Assembly (NCBI GenBank): GCA_028023455.1
Contig: JAQFVV010000006.1
Location: 9,300,001-9,364,000, forward strand
DNA length: 64,000 bases
Origin: Epiperipatus broadwayi
Lineage: Eukaryota; Animalia; Onychophora
Direction: 5' to 3'
Shown here: in pieces, positions 12,190 through 25,680 of the stretch
How the letters are laid out: every line of letters starts with the position of its first letter
Position numbering within the stretch: the first letter of the stretch is position 1
The notes under the pieces: model-generated
What the model saw: the letters and a program-made list of their open reading frames with translations, nothing else
Database searches by the model: none
What the model was told of the DNA's origin: nothing
Position numbers and translations under genes: made by a program

Positions 12190-13399
12190 GTAAGTATATA
12201 AAGTAAGAATAATATTATTGTCATTATAGTTATAAACTGTTACCAAACAGAGATTACATCTAAATTAATTGATTAGATAAGAATTAGTTTGTAAATTATA
12301 TTTATTGGTATATCTGTGATAAGTCAAAAGTAAAAAACTGCAATTATTCTACTTAATTGACTAATTTATTATTTATACCAACGAAACATCACATTACTAT
12401 TTTTAATGTATGCTTTTAGAAGCAGTTCTCTTCTCTATACTTCAGAACCATTTGTTATAATCTCGAGTAATCTTATCCAAAGATATTAAGGTCACTAAAG
12501 TTTATTTATTATTCTATTATCAGAATTGGTTTCAAAACCTTAGAGTGTTTTGTGAACTTTCAGGATCTTAGTTTTATAATATAAAAGGTTTAAAAGTCAG
12601 TAACTGGATATATAGGTACATTAGATTCAAACTTCTCACTGAAAGTCATAAGCCCCAAAACTTAGTTATTCTTTAATTACATTAAGTTAACAACACATGG
12701 CTGAAGTAAACTGCTTTTAAAGGCTGATTTATTTATGTTACAGCTAATCGTTAAGAGTTCTTGCTTCAAACATCTACAGAAGTGCTTATAAAGGGAATGA
12801 AAAAATTAAGATGTTTGTTTAATGTTGTTTTTTTTTAATCTCTTTGAATAATAATATGTGGTTACAGGAGATTGTTGGTTTAAGTTAAACAACCTTTAAA
12901 TAGCCCTCTATAGGCTATAGGATTTTCTATCAGCTCTTTATAAATGTCCACTAAAGGAGAAAACATTATTTAAAGACTTGCTAATTATTGAATAGTGAGA
13001 CTTTGAGTGATTTCCATTTTCACCTTCTCTCTAGCGAAGAATAGCTAACTATCCATTTACCAACCAATAGAAGAATTTCTTTTTGATGGACTTCAGTGTA
13101 AACTTGAATAATCTTAATCAAAGTTGCCTTCAAATAATGTATAACTGAGATCACTATAATATACTTACTGATCTACTATCAGAGCTATACAATTATGTAA
13201 ACATATTAGCCTGGGTTCAAACCCATTAGAGTGTTCCAACTGTTAGATTGATTGTTGAAAAAAATTTTCAAGTTTTGTTGCTTGGGTTCAAACTCGGGTT
13301 ATAAGTGCTCTATTTTTGCACCACAAGCTCCCTAGATTGTGGATAGTCATCATTTTTAGCCCCTAATTATTTTTTGTTTGCCTTTATATTGAGAAATTA

Positions 13400-14600
13400 C
13401 CTTTTTTTTGTCTTATTAAAATCGTTATGATTAATATTATCTTATATTTATCAATACATAATCGCTCTGAATCTTTATTAATATCTGCACATCTAATCCT
13501 GATAAACCAAAAAAATGATTAAACTATTGTACTAAGAAAACATTTCGGTCTCGAAAAATTATTTCTGCAACTGAAATTCAGAGAATCTTTTAATGTTAAG
13601 TTCATTTAAAAAATTATAAGATCAGTTCTCAGGATGTCGTATGATGTTCAGCCGCACGTTTGCATTCTATTGACCAAGTAGGCATTATTTCTGAGCTGGG
13701 AATGGTCTAGAAGCTCATGAATGCCCTTCAACCATTTGCATCAACCTGTTTAGGGCTAATGTATTTATATCCAGTGAGTGAAATCGTAGTCGTAATATCT
13801 TTTCCATCACCATATTGTAATTTTTACAATATTGTAATAGATGTTAGACCAAATTAAAGTGTTATTTTGATTTAGTTGTCATTCTTCTGCAAGAGTATTT
13901 AAGACAAGTCAGATGCATATATTTTTCATATATTAAATGTGTTCATGAAGTGATAGTCCCTTTGTGTTCCATATCTATGATTTAAGTTCAAATCTGGGCC
14001 AAGAGTACCACTTCTCAAGTCTTCAATTTATTTAGGATATTGTTTTTTGGATAGTCAATCCATATCTGTTCCAACTCACTATCCAGTACTATTTAATATA
14101 TAAGGTCATAGCTATTGTAACCTGAAAGATAGTATTCAGATTATTCTGGATTTGTCACATGATATTGATGCAGTGATAAAAAAAAAAAATTACAATATGG
14201 TGATGGAAAAGATATCATATTCCTATAAGTGCTAAATCTATGGTTTACTTTTATATAAATAGTAATTTACCAAATATAACATTTAAAATGTAAATTGGAT
14301 GTCAGATAGCGGATAAAGAATATGGTATAATTGTAAGAAATGAGAATCTTTTTATGAAATCAATAATTTTCATACATATGATCTTCAGTCATATAATTTT
14401 CTATGAATCCTAATGCTAGTAATTTCTAATAAATTCTAAGTTTTTATCATGTGTCTTAAGACATCAAAGGAGTTAAGCAGTAATTAATTCTCATTATCGC
14501 TCTCACCACATTGGAATCCACAAAATGATGAATTTTGTTAATCGTATGGTGCCGCAATTGGAAATAATGAGATCCTATTGTTTCTTCTAACTGTATCATT
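13400..14600 (-). mobile_element. Decayed Penelope-like RT remnant
   Basis: Frameshifted motifs in PLE order: ISNCGT..., MTED.MYEN (motif A-like), K.YLDSELEQIW (YVDD-like), DMEHKGTI, and LVYQD.MCRY..HNDF (thumb-like). Confidence 0.5.
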
Positions 14601-14767
14601 CAAATCAACAAATGATCTTCAGTGATGTTTTTTAACTTGTTCCTCTGACCACAAAAGTTATCTCAAAAAGCCAGAAAAAGTAGCAGTTGAAAAACAGCAA
14701 AATAACTAAGCTCTATTTAACTGTAGTTTGAGTAAGTTTAAAGACATTCCTAATCTCTTCCACTCGT

Positions 14768-15289
14768 ATTGCATTGGTTATATTAAATTATTTGAAAATC
14801 TACCATTACCTAATGCACATTTATTTACTTTTTAACAATGTTGACTGCCTAGCAGCCTTTGATCTCGCAACAAAATATTTGTAATTTGAAAGGTCCACTC
14901 ATATTGCACTGGTTATATTAAATTATTTGAAAAGCCACTTCCTAATGCACTTTTATTTCATTTTTAACAGTTTCGACTACCTAGCAGCCTTCTTCCGATG
15001 TAACAACTCTTGTAATTTGAAAAATTCATTTGTAATGCATTGGTTACTTTACATTATTTGAAAATTCACTTCCTCCTAATTCACTTTTATTTCATTTCTA
15101 ACAGTTTTGACTACCTAGCAGCCTTCTTCAATTCTCATAACTTTTGTAATTTGAAAGGTCCATTCATATTGCATCGATTATATTAAATTATTTGAAAATC
15201 AAACTCCTCCTAATGCTCTTTTTATTTAATTTTTAACAGTTTTGACTACCTAGCAGCCATTTTCAGATCTTTGTAATTTGAAAGCTTTG
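14768..15289 (-). repeat. Four ~132-bp tandem units, each with a decayed HHR-like motif
   Basis: Units start near 14768, 14903, 15034 and 15168; minus-strand consensus CUGAAGA-A-GGCUG(CUAGG)UAGUC-GAAA-CUG-UU. Confidence 0.8.
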
Positions 15290-16029
15290 ATGTGAGATCT
15301 GTCAGAAATTAAATAAAGCTTTGTGGAAAATGCATTAGAAGTGGTCTTAATCACTAACTTAAAACTTTTTTAAGAATCAATCTGCACTGTTATTCAAAAC
15401 TTAGATCGTTGTATGAATCCATACTACTCTTAGAACTTCTCTTTATTAGTTGATTATTAACCAAGATGCAATAACATTTGAAGCATCTCAGATTTTTTAG
15501 GAAACTTTATTCTATATAATTTAAGATGTTTATTTTAGCTCATTTTACTTTCAATCTTATAATATTTCTGTTTTCCTTATGTCTTTTTATTCTCAATAAA
15601 GGATTTTAAATATATGTATTTTAAATATACTAAATTTTAAGATTGTCTTTGAGATCTCACAATAATGGCATTTTACATGTAGTTGTATGTTGGATTATTT
15701 CCATCTTCTAGTTTTCTGGTGCCAATCTATGGGTCGCGACTCCTCAGGAAGTCATGTAAAAATTGTTAGTGTGTCATAATTTTTTTGCAAGTATACGATT
15801 TGTTGAAAAATTTCACTTCAAATTGTATGTGCTTAATACTAAAGTATTAGGGAGGAAATGACTATTTTATTATGAATATCCTTATATCCTCATAATTTAG
15901 GCATAATGGATCACGTCAAATTTTTGGCCGAGGATAGGTGTCACAAGTATAAAAAGGTTGTTAAATGTATTTTTTAGAAAAGTTCAAACTTTATTTAATA
16001 TCTTTCAAAATATATGCAATTGTTGAGAA

Positions 16030-16170
16030 TAAAACAAGTTGGCATCAAACAAAACATTTTAGGTATATTATTTTTCTTTCTTCATCAGGTGTCATTGGTC
16101 TGACCAGTGACAGCTAGCATAGCAATCAAACTAGTAACCTTTGGATTCATGAATATTGAATTTAAAGCGA
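16030..16170 (-). mobile_element. Decayed family-B tRNA-SINE fragment
   Basis: Matches the family-B head/body junction, including GACAC-CUGAUGA-A. Confidence 0.55.
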
Positions 16171-16205
16171 TACTCTAATTAACTAAACTATTCCATAGTC
16201 TAAAA

Positions 16206-17069
16206 CAGTGATTGGCAACCTTTTTATACTTATGACTTCCTTTCTCGGACGAAAATTTGACACGACCCATTCTTTGTTTTTACCATGCCTAAATTATAAG
16301 TACGAGTATGTAAAGATATTCATAGTAAAACAATAGTAGTTTTAATTAACATACAAATTTATATTTTCTAATATTAGTATTAAGCACGTACAATTTGAAA
16401 TGAAATTTTTGGAAAAAATCATATACTTATTATGAAAAAAATTATGATATATACAAAAACAATTTATAATAATTGAAAGTTTGCTAGTCTTTCACATGCG
16501 CGATTGCCTCTCAGACAGCCAATCAGATTTTTTTAAACAGCTGTCTTAAGAATGATCAGGCTTCGACCCATGTCAGAGATTTGAATAAGAAAAGGCTGCT
16601 ACATCTTTTCTCAACTTAGCTTTTATATATATATATATATATAAGCCAGTCTTAAGCATCTTGGCCTGAAAGCTTGAATATATAAACATATATATAAAAG
16701 TTAAGTTGAGAAAAGGTGTATCATCTTTTTCTTATCAAAATCTCAGTCATGGGTCGAAGCCTGATCATTCTTAAGACAGCTGTTTAAAAAAATCTGATTG
16801 GCTGTCTGAGAGATAATCGCGCATCCGAAAGACTAGCAAACTTTTAATTATTACCAATTTATTAACAACATGCGATTTAGACAAATATTATTTAAAAACA
16901 ATTTATGTATTTTCATATGATTTTTAATTATTTTAAAAAATTAAATTATTTAAAAAAAAACAACTTACCATTATCCAAAACTCACGAAAGTTTCTTAAAA
17001 ATTTTGCGACCTCAAATAATTTTTATATGATCATCTGAAGGGTAATGACCCACAGTTTGCACACCACCA
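16206..17069. mobile_element. hAT (Charlie-like) MITE containing a nested palindrome
   Basis: 5' CAGTGATTGGCAACC, 3' gacccacagtttgcacaccacca; TSD gtctaaaa / gtctaaca (7 of 8 match). Confidence 0.7.
16470..16860. repeat. Long inverted repeat (~170-bp arms) around an (AT)n-containing spacer
   Basis: aaagtttgctagtctttc...agacagccaatcag...cttaagaatgatcaggcttcgaccc is mirrored at 16690-16855. Confidence 0.85.
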
Positions 17070-17214
17070 GTCTAACATGTAACGAATAAATTTTATGTTT
17101 TAACCAGTGTTTTTATTACTTTTCTTAACAATATTGATTTGTGTATGTGTATAGATATCTGATTACTTGAATTAATTTATTTTTATGAATATGTTTTATC
17201 TTCTCTCATTGTAG

Positions 17215-17259
17215 TTGATATTATCGCTATAGATAAACCTTATGGGCTTCCTGTATTGT
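17215..17259 (+). CDS. RPUSD4: RPUSD4-like exon 3 (RluA motif I)
   Basis: FDIIAIDKPYGLPVL; 45 nt, AG/GTAAGC, phase 1/1. Confidence 0.9.
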
Positions 17260-17369
17260 GTAAGCAGTTTTTCATTTTAATTTATTTTTTTAATATTATT
17301 TTTTTAATTAATTTTTAATGCATTTGTATAATAATTGAAATCATATTACGAATATTTTTTATTTTATTT

Positions 17370-18850
17370 GTAATAATATTTAATACAAAAGTGGATGAGT
17401 TGAAGGAAGCTTGAAAGTCTGTGTTCAAATCCTCTATATTACATCTAGACTCCAGGTCTATAAAATATTCTTGTATTTAAAATATTACAAAACCTTGTAA
17501 AGAAATTTATGCGAATTCACTTCTCTGGTCTTTTCACGTGTCCGGTTAGAAGATTGATATTTTGTTTGGATTTTATCTATTATCATTTAAATGTTTCAGT
17601 GGATGTTGGTGTAAGTAGAAGCAAGCTATATTACCCAGCCAATGATAAATGAGACCCGATCTAACTGTGGGTTCTATAATCGTCAAATCCTTAACCAAGT
17701 TAATAAAAGTAGTATATAAATTGCTCCTGTTAATTTTGTCACATTTGTCTGACATGAACCATATCTAGTGCTTTTTCCTAAAACCACATTAAGCCTCTAG
17801 TTAGCATTTATTTATGATTCGAAACAAAATCCTTGAAGATAACAGCGATAGTTCATGATAATTACCCAAGTCTTTTTTATTATATTTATGTTTAGAAATT
17901 CGAATAATAGAAGCATCCTTAAAACCAGGTGGCACAATTTCATAGATCATTATATTTGTGAAAACTTCTAGTAGTTTTGAATATAGTATTTACTAAGAAT
18001 AAAGTTGCTATGTTGTAGCAATGTCAATCATTTCTAAGATACCTGATAAGGATGTAGCCTGAAATATATGTCTTAATGAAATTGGTCGATTTGTTTTGTC
18101 AATAGATTTGAATCAGAAAGCTTAGAAAATCCTCCAGATAGCATATGTAATTTAGTATCCCTTCTGATATTCCATATTTGCAGCACCGATAAATTATTAG
18201 TTTTGAAGCTGGCTATTCATCGATCATATTTTAAAACTTTTCCAAGTGTTTCATCACAGCTCGCAAACTTTCTAATTTAAGATTGTAAAGAACAAATGTA
18301 TCATCGAAACCCGCCATCTCAATTCTTGTATCATCATTCATAAGATGATTAAAATATTCTCTCCATTTGTTCAAAACATCACAGTTATTATATAAAAGAG
18401 TATTATTTGGGAATTTAATAAAATTATCACTTGTTTGATTCATATGTTTTGTTTTTTGCCATCATGCTAAAAAATGATCTAAAGGGATTATAATCGTTGA
18501 ATTATCTTATTACCTTTGCGATTTTAATCCACCAATTATTTTTAAATTTTATCAATTATTAAGCTTCTGATTTCATTTATATATATTGTTCATAATGTTC
18601 TACGTTCGATTTATTATTCTGCCTAATGGAAAATTCCGCATTTCTCCTTAAGTCATTAATAATAAAGTCATTGGCAGAAAAGCAGTAAGAATTCTTTTTT
18701 TTAATGAACTCAAAAATAATCTTATTTATATCCACCAGACAATTCTCAAAGTTGTAGAAATTGCGGTTAAAAAATTTGTAACAGATGTAACATATATCCA
18801 AGCGATCTATTCCCTACTAATACATGCTGAAATGCAAAAAAGACAAAAAA
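17370..18850 (-). mobile_element. Decayed RTE-like LINE ORF2 remnant
   Basis: NKWREYFNHLMN, VPPGFKDASIIRISK and DKINRSNL motifs on the minus strand with stops. Confidence 0.6.
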
Positions 18851-19062
18851 AATTAGTAACCCTGAAAATTTCTCTGTATTATATTTACATTGCAAAATAC
18901 ATGATTGTTTTATATTTATTTTCAATTAAAATCTAGAAATTAACAAGAAATATAAAAATATAAAGATTGGATTTATAGTGGCAGTTCCATATATCTAAGA
19001 TTATATTCATTGCGAGTATGTGCTGAAATGCAAGAAAAGATAATTAAAACAGTGCAAATTTG

Positions 19063-19175
19063 TCAAGCATTGATAGCTGAGAGGTCAGTGCAGCAGCCTT
19101 GCAAGCAAGCAGTTGGTTGCAGACGGTTGTTGCGGGTTCGCCTCCCGGCTGATGTTGTGACATGTGGAAAAAAAA
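19063..19175 (+). mobile_element. Short tRNA-Gly-derived SINE/retroposon
   Basis: A-box TAGCTGAGAGG, B-box GGTTCGCCTCCC, poly(A) tail, and 17-bp TSD aaaacagtgcaaatttg (19046-19062, 19176-19192). Confidence 0.85.
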
Positions 19176-21336
19176 AAAACAGTGCAAATTTGCCTTTATT
19201 ATATTTATATCTTAAAATAAGTGATCTTTTTTTATTATTTTCAATTACAATCTAGATATCATTTTCCCAATTCCAACAACCTTGACTTTGGAGATCGCTG
19301 TATCTTTCAGCAATAATTTAACTACCGAATATTATACATTCATACAAAACATGCTATAATCGAACTGACAACTTAAACATTATAGTTTAATATTAACTGT
19401 ATACAAGTGAACAGTTAGTCATGATCTTGTTTATATATATCCAATAGATATATCAATATTAAAAAAAAATTTATTTGTGTTTTTTAGATCAAGCGTAATC
19501 TTCAAGTAAGAGAATTTAATGCCTCAGTAACATGACAATCTTGAAAATCTATATTGCCGGTTTAACGTTTTTTGCTATTGAATTTTTGCATGAATAGTAG
19601 GCACCCCTAAAAAGTGGAATCAAGTTTCTTATGAATATAACTAGAATATAAGCCCTATTTTTTAATGTAACTATCATTTTTATCTTCCAGTTAGTAATTT
19701 ATGTTCTATCCAACAAACGCTCATATAATGTGACCTTTTATTACATTCATTTGAACTTGAATGCATCCTAATTTATTTTTAACGATTTTTCTGCCTAAAC
19801 AAAATTTTTGCGATGGTCAACACTTGTGTCTTGTGAGATTGAATATCAAAGACCATTTGAATTTACGGCAGTAATACCATATTTCCAATAATTTGGGATT
19901 GAAGTTTATTCTTTTGCCAACACGTGCAGTAAAATTAACCAGAACAAATTGATCTTTTAATGATATTAATGTATTAATGGTCTCCGTCAAAATATGTCAC
20001 AGTTACAACATCATAATTAAAAGATTATAAAATATCTGATACTCTTTTACGAAAGTCAGTTATTTAATTATAACCCATTATGTAAGAATTTTAAAAAGAG
20101 TAAACCCACCCTCTTCCGAAGGAATAAAACCTGAGGATAAAGCTTTTTATATTGTTTTCCATCCTGTTTTTATCTTCTAGCCTAAGAAATATGAAAGATG
20201 TTTAAAAAAAAAAAATTAGCAGAAAATGCAAGTATTCCATAGAACTTGTTAATTTACCTTTTCTTTTTAAATCTTATTTATTTTCGTTGAATTCACATAC
20301 ATAAATAAATATCTTATTATTTTTTTACTGTTTTGACCCTTTTCATGTTGTGAAGACAATTTATATCTTTCCTATAAGCTATCTTGTCAATAACTATATA
20401 AAAATAGTATAAACAGGAAAATTGTAAAATATTTATTTATTATTTAAATTGTACTCTTCTTTTTATTAACATTATATCTTATTTAGTTCTTAGTAAATTA
20501 ATTTTTCACTCTTAATTTTTGTAGTATTTAAATTTTATTAAATGTTTCGACTGTTCGGCAATATGTTTTATATCTGTGTATATTAAAAATGTATAATTAA
20601 AGAGTGTCTTGTTTATATATAAGTAGAATATAATTAGATGTCATTTGTTGAGACGTATTAAAGAATATATAATGTAGATATAATTTGTTTGCTTAAACGT
20701 TTCGAACATTAGCCAAATAAAGATTTATTTCATTTATTAACATACGGGATAAACCTTTACTTAGCTAATGTTCGAAACATTTAAGCAAATAAATTACAAA
20801 TAGGACATGGAAAAGAATGAATTGAATAATTACAATGTAGGTGTAAAAAAAATAGAATTGAATTTTTGTAAAATATAAAATTAAATGATATTTTAATAAT
20901 AACACAATGTATAATTTTTCTATTTAGATCTTTGAAGATTAGTTCAAAAAATGTACATTATTATAAAATTTTATCATTGTAAAAATTAACTTTAAAAGGA
21001 AGTAATTTATTAAAGATTTATCTTTATGAATTTAGTGAAAATAAAATAAGATTTTTTTTTAAAAAAAGTGGATTAAGGATTATAAATGCAGGATTAAATT
21101 TGGAAAGAAAATCGAATTTTAGATTTTGGAGTTTTAAATTTAAGCTTGTAAAATGAAAGTAAGACTGTGATATATTTATTTATTTTAAATTTAACCATAT
21201 ATGATAAATGATTTTACTCTCATAAGATATAAATAGTAAATTCTTTCAAATTTGTATTTATCCACAATCAATACTGAGTTTTAAATTATTTTGTATCGTT
21301 TTTCATTGTAATACTTCTTTTTGTTTTTAATATTAG

Positions 21337-21478
21337 ATGGACCTAAAATGCAGTACTGTCTAATGGATCTTCTTCCCGATTTGACCAAAGTTTTGAGTAA
21401 ACCAAATGATCCTATCAAAGAATTATTTGTCGTTCATCGGATTGATAAATGTGCTAGTGGATTATTGCTTCTTGCAAA
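21337..21478 (+). CDS. RPUSD4: RPUSD4-like exon 4 (catalytic motif II)
   Basis: ..ELFVVHRIDKCASGLLLLAK; the HRxD catalytic Asp is retained; phase 1/2. Confidence 0.95.
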
Positions 21479-21583
21479 GTAAGTATAATAGTAAAGCAGT
21501 GTTCAAATTAATATAAATAATAGCAGCAACAATAATCGCTCACCATATACACTTAATACACGCAATTTATATATTATTTTTAA

Positions 21584-21736
21584 ATATAAGCTGATAATTT
21601 TGACCATTCAACAGTCTTCTTCAGAGTTTATGTTTGGCAAAAAACGTTAAGCGTGATTTAATTTTTTGTTTTTTTCCCAAACACTATATAAGCTCCGAGG
21701 AAGACAGTTGACTGGTCAAAATTGTCGGCTTAGATA
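21584..21736. repeat. Inverted pair of decayed HHRs (family E)
   Basis: Plus copy: UAUAUAAGCU-CCGAGGA-A-GACAG(UUGAC)UGGUC-AAAA-UUG-UC-GGCUUAGAUA, with stem I 9/10 paired. Minus copy: CUGAAGA core. Confidence 0.7.
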
Positions 21737-22384
21737 TGAAAATAATAAGCAAACTGCATATATTAATTGCTTAAGAAAAGTAGTTATTGTTGTCGTTGTT
21801 ACTTATATTTACTTTAATATACACAATTTCAAAAAAAGGCAAAAGAAAAAGATAGTCTGCTTTTATCAGATTTACATTTACTTATTTTGTCAAGAATATT
21901 CTTGACTGTTGTTGACTTTCTTATAAGTTAAACTATAATAAGCATGAAATGAATGTCATATAACTTTATAAGTAAACTTATATAAGTGGTTTTTTTTTAT
22001 GTTGATTATTTATGCTTATGAAGTTCCTTAAAGCATAATGCTTTTAATGCATTCTGTTGCCATGCCATTATGAAAAAATTCAATTTTGCACTGATTTTGA
22101 TAAGTTAGGTATGGTCTGTAACCAATTCATGTAAGTGTAAAGTATGAATTGGGAAAATTGATATTCTTGCTGGAGGACAAAATTTCTAAGTTAATCTGGA
22201 TTGGTCTGTTGAGTATCATTGCTCTAAAGTAAAAAAAAAGGTGTGATTGTAATATCATGCCTTTTCGTAATTGATGGGATTACATTTTGTTTAACATTGG
22301 CTTTTTATATAAATGATGACCCAGGCATTTTTTTTAAAGTATTAATCAGAGTTTTAATATGTTTTTCTGTTTATTCAACCCCGA

Positions 22385-22655
22385 TTCTGCCACCTAGTGT
22401 AAGTTTGAATAGTCAAATAAATGTTAAAGGGCAGTGTTTATTAAATTTCTATCCAACACCATCCTATCCATATCTCCATACTAGTTTCTGGTTTACAACC
22501 TTTGTCAGTGAATAGGTTTGGAACTGAATCAGCACCTGGACGATAGCTATAAAGTAGAAAACTATTCAGAACATGGATAGGATAACATTAAACAAAGATT
22601 TAATAAGCATAGCATTTAGCATTTAACTATTTCTCTGGCTTACACTAGGTGGCAG
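22385..22655. mobile_element. Old family-A fold-back copy
   Basis: ctgccacctagtgtaag ... cttacactaggtggcag termini with decayed HHR remnant ctagtttctggtttacaacctttgtcag. Confidence 0.6.
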
Positions 22656-23221
22656 GAATGTAATAAAATAAATAAAATTTACTCTTAAAAAAGCATTGTG
22701 TTAATTAAGATTGCATTATAATTTATTTTTTTTAAAGGTGCCCCCTTCCCTAATATTATTCAATTTTATTATTATTATTATTTAGTTTTGATTTTATAAA
22801 TTTTAAATATAAAAGGAACCTATTTATATCATATATGAAATTCTAAAATTTTTTTTTTTTTAATTTGCCAATGCCACATGATTTTCTCTGCTTACATTTG
22901 ACATATGCTTTTAGCACTACTATGGGGGGGCTGTAGAAAGGAGTTTGCTATTAACTGAAAGGAGACCCTTTGATTCCTCTTGGGGGCCTTAAAGGAACCG
23001 AGCAGGGAAAATTCCTAAATGTCCACTCCATATGTTCTTGTCGTTGGAATTGTTATTACTATATGATTATTCATATAGTACACGAACATGGATGAGCTGC
23101 TCACCAACACGCATTAGCCAGGTGGTGAGTTTATTGGGATTTTGCCTCTGAGTTTAAGATCAAGAAACACTATGGTCTTTCTTCTCAATTACCTGATAAG
23201 GCAGAATGAATGTATGTGTAA

Positions 23222-23757
23222 ATGATAAATATTTTTAAACTTGGTTGGAGTGCTTTTGGTAGAAATAACTTGATACTAAAAGGAAATATGCCTATGTGTT
23301 TGAAAAGGAAGGTTTTTAATAAATGTGTTTTACCAGTTCTTACTTATGGATCTGAGACTTGGACACTTAATAGAAGAGCAATACAAAGACTTCAGACTAC
23401 TCAAAGAAGGATGGCGAGATTCATGTTGGGAGTAACAAGAAGAGATCGAAATCACAATATATGAGTAAAAGAGCAAACAGGTGTTACTGACCTCATTGAA
23501 AAAATTAAAAGACCGAAGTGAAGTTGGGCTGAACATATTTCTAGAAGAGATAATAATAGATGGACAGTTGAAATCTTAAACTGGATTAAGAGATTGTAAA
23601 AGACCCAGAAAGAGACCACATGTGAGATGGATGGATGAAATAAGAAAGTATGCATGGGTGATGTGAAGAGAAGCTAAAGATCGGAGAAGATGGATTGAAC
23701 TTGGAGAGACTTTCATCTTGCAGTGGATTGATAATGGTTGATGATGATGATGATGAT
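23222..23757 (+). mobile_element. RTE-clade LINE 3' fragment with (GAT)n tail
   Basis: KLGWSAFGRNNLILKG..VLPVLTYGSETWTL; near-identical to 51.8-52.35 kb. Confidence 0.9.
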
Positions 23758-25329
23758 ATTTCATTTTACTCCAGAGGCATATAAGCTTAAGAAATCAATT
23801 GCACCAAATGATTCAGATGGCAGTGCTACAATATCCAGAAATTTTTAGACTAACTACTAACCCATGGTATTCATCAATGAAGAATTTGAATCTAGTGCAC
23901 TTCACATCTATTTGCCCTCTTTTACTTGGTTTATATTTTCAAACTAATAGTCTAACATTTAAAAATACGCTAAGGTTTTGTATCCATGCCAACTTCTTTC
24001 TGCAATTATGTTAACTAAAAACAGGTTTTCGTTTTTTGGCTAGCACTAAAATATGAATTTTTTAGCTTACCTTTAACGTAGCTTTTTTCAGCAAGTTCTT
24101 TTATTTTCAAATATTTTTATTCCATTTAGTCTAAGCTTTAGTATTTAATAGAGGCCAGATAGTCATGCTTAATAAATCCTTATATGCTATCCTATGCAAA
24201 TATCCCCAGAATAAATGCTTCCTATCATCTGGTATCTATTGATTACTAAAGCTTACACTAGATGGCATAAAAGTAGTAGAGGAATTTGCTAATGAATAGC
24301 AATATATGTAAACTAAGATCATGTGATCTGTTATTGGTTTCATACCAATTCTGGCCAAAATTGAAGGTATTTAAAGGTTATAAAACAAATTATGGTTACC
24401 ATTATATATAGAAACTAAACCAATTTTCGATCTTATAATTATTCAAGAAAATAATTTTGGATTGAAAAAATTACCAAGATTTTCCAACTTGGGCTGGTAG
24501 CTTGATTGTGTAATAAAATGTTAAAAATGGCTGCTAGAAGAAAGTTGCATTACATTCAAGAAGTTCAAGTGCACAGTTCGAAACTAGTCTGGCGATGTTT
24601 GTATAAAATAGAACTGAATAAGGATTTATTAAGTACTAACATCTGTTGATTACTGAAGTTTACACTAGGTGGCATAAAAGCAGAGAGAATCAAATTAACT
24701 AATAGAATACCAGCATGTAAGCTAAAATCATATGACTTTTTGTTGATCATATGAACAGTTTTTTAAAAGCAGTTTTATTGAACTCATAAAGTTATCTTTT
24801 GTAAACTTGAGTAATCAATGGCACTGCCATCTAATGCTCATTAATTACTCGAGCATACACTAGATGACTCTGGAGTTGTTTGAAAAAAAAAATGCTTTAA
24901 AAGTATGTTTTAAATATTATACCAAGAAATTCTGAATACTGTGTTTACTATATACACACAAGTAACACATCAAGGGTTAGCCACTAAATTCAATGACTGA
25001 TTTGTGAGTTCAAAAAATTAAAGAGGTCATTATATGTTTGTCCACCCATTATTTTGATTCATGAAAATGTAACGTATTTCTATAGAATCTATAATTATAG
25101 GGTAAGCGTGCATGCCATTTTTAATGGGATTAGCCTCTCCTTCAGCCATTGATTCTATTGTCCTAAAATAAATGGAAGTTGGGTGCTAAAGGTTTCTTTT
25201 GAAGAAAAAAAATCTTTATCTCCCCCTCCTCTCTCGTTCATACAGTTGGCCTTGTTACTAATAGATGGCGGTATTCCAGTCATTTACATGGGTAAAGATG
25301 ATAAGTATATTAGGGAAAAATAATGGGAG

Positions 25330-25680
25330 TTGAATGAAAACAAAGTAACAGTTTGAAGTTTATAAAGAATTTATGATAACTCTAAATACATGGGTGAAAT
25401 AACAATGTGTTACATCATTGAATGAATTAAGAGACAAGTGGAATTGGGCTGGACATATTAAGAGATGATAATAAATGGACAATTGAAATCTTAAACTGGA
25501 TTTCAATAGATTTGCAAAAGACCTAGAAAGAGATTACATGTGAGATGGAGTGAAGAAATAAGGAAGTGTGCTGGGGTGACATGGAGAAGAGAGGCTTGAG
25601 ATTGGAGAAAATGGATTGAAACTTGGAGAGATCTTCATCCTGCAGTGGATAGATGATGGTTGAAAATGGTGGTGATACTA
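25330..25680 (+). mobile_element. Decayed RTE 3' fragment
   Basis: Similar to the RTE 3' end (ttgaaacttggagagatcttcatcctgcagtggatagatgatgg). Confidence 0.75.

Noticed and set aside
20690-20795. Palindrome with GAAA-CG-UU as an HHR
   Set aside because: The CUGANGA half is missing; at most a truncated remnant.
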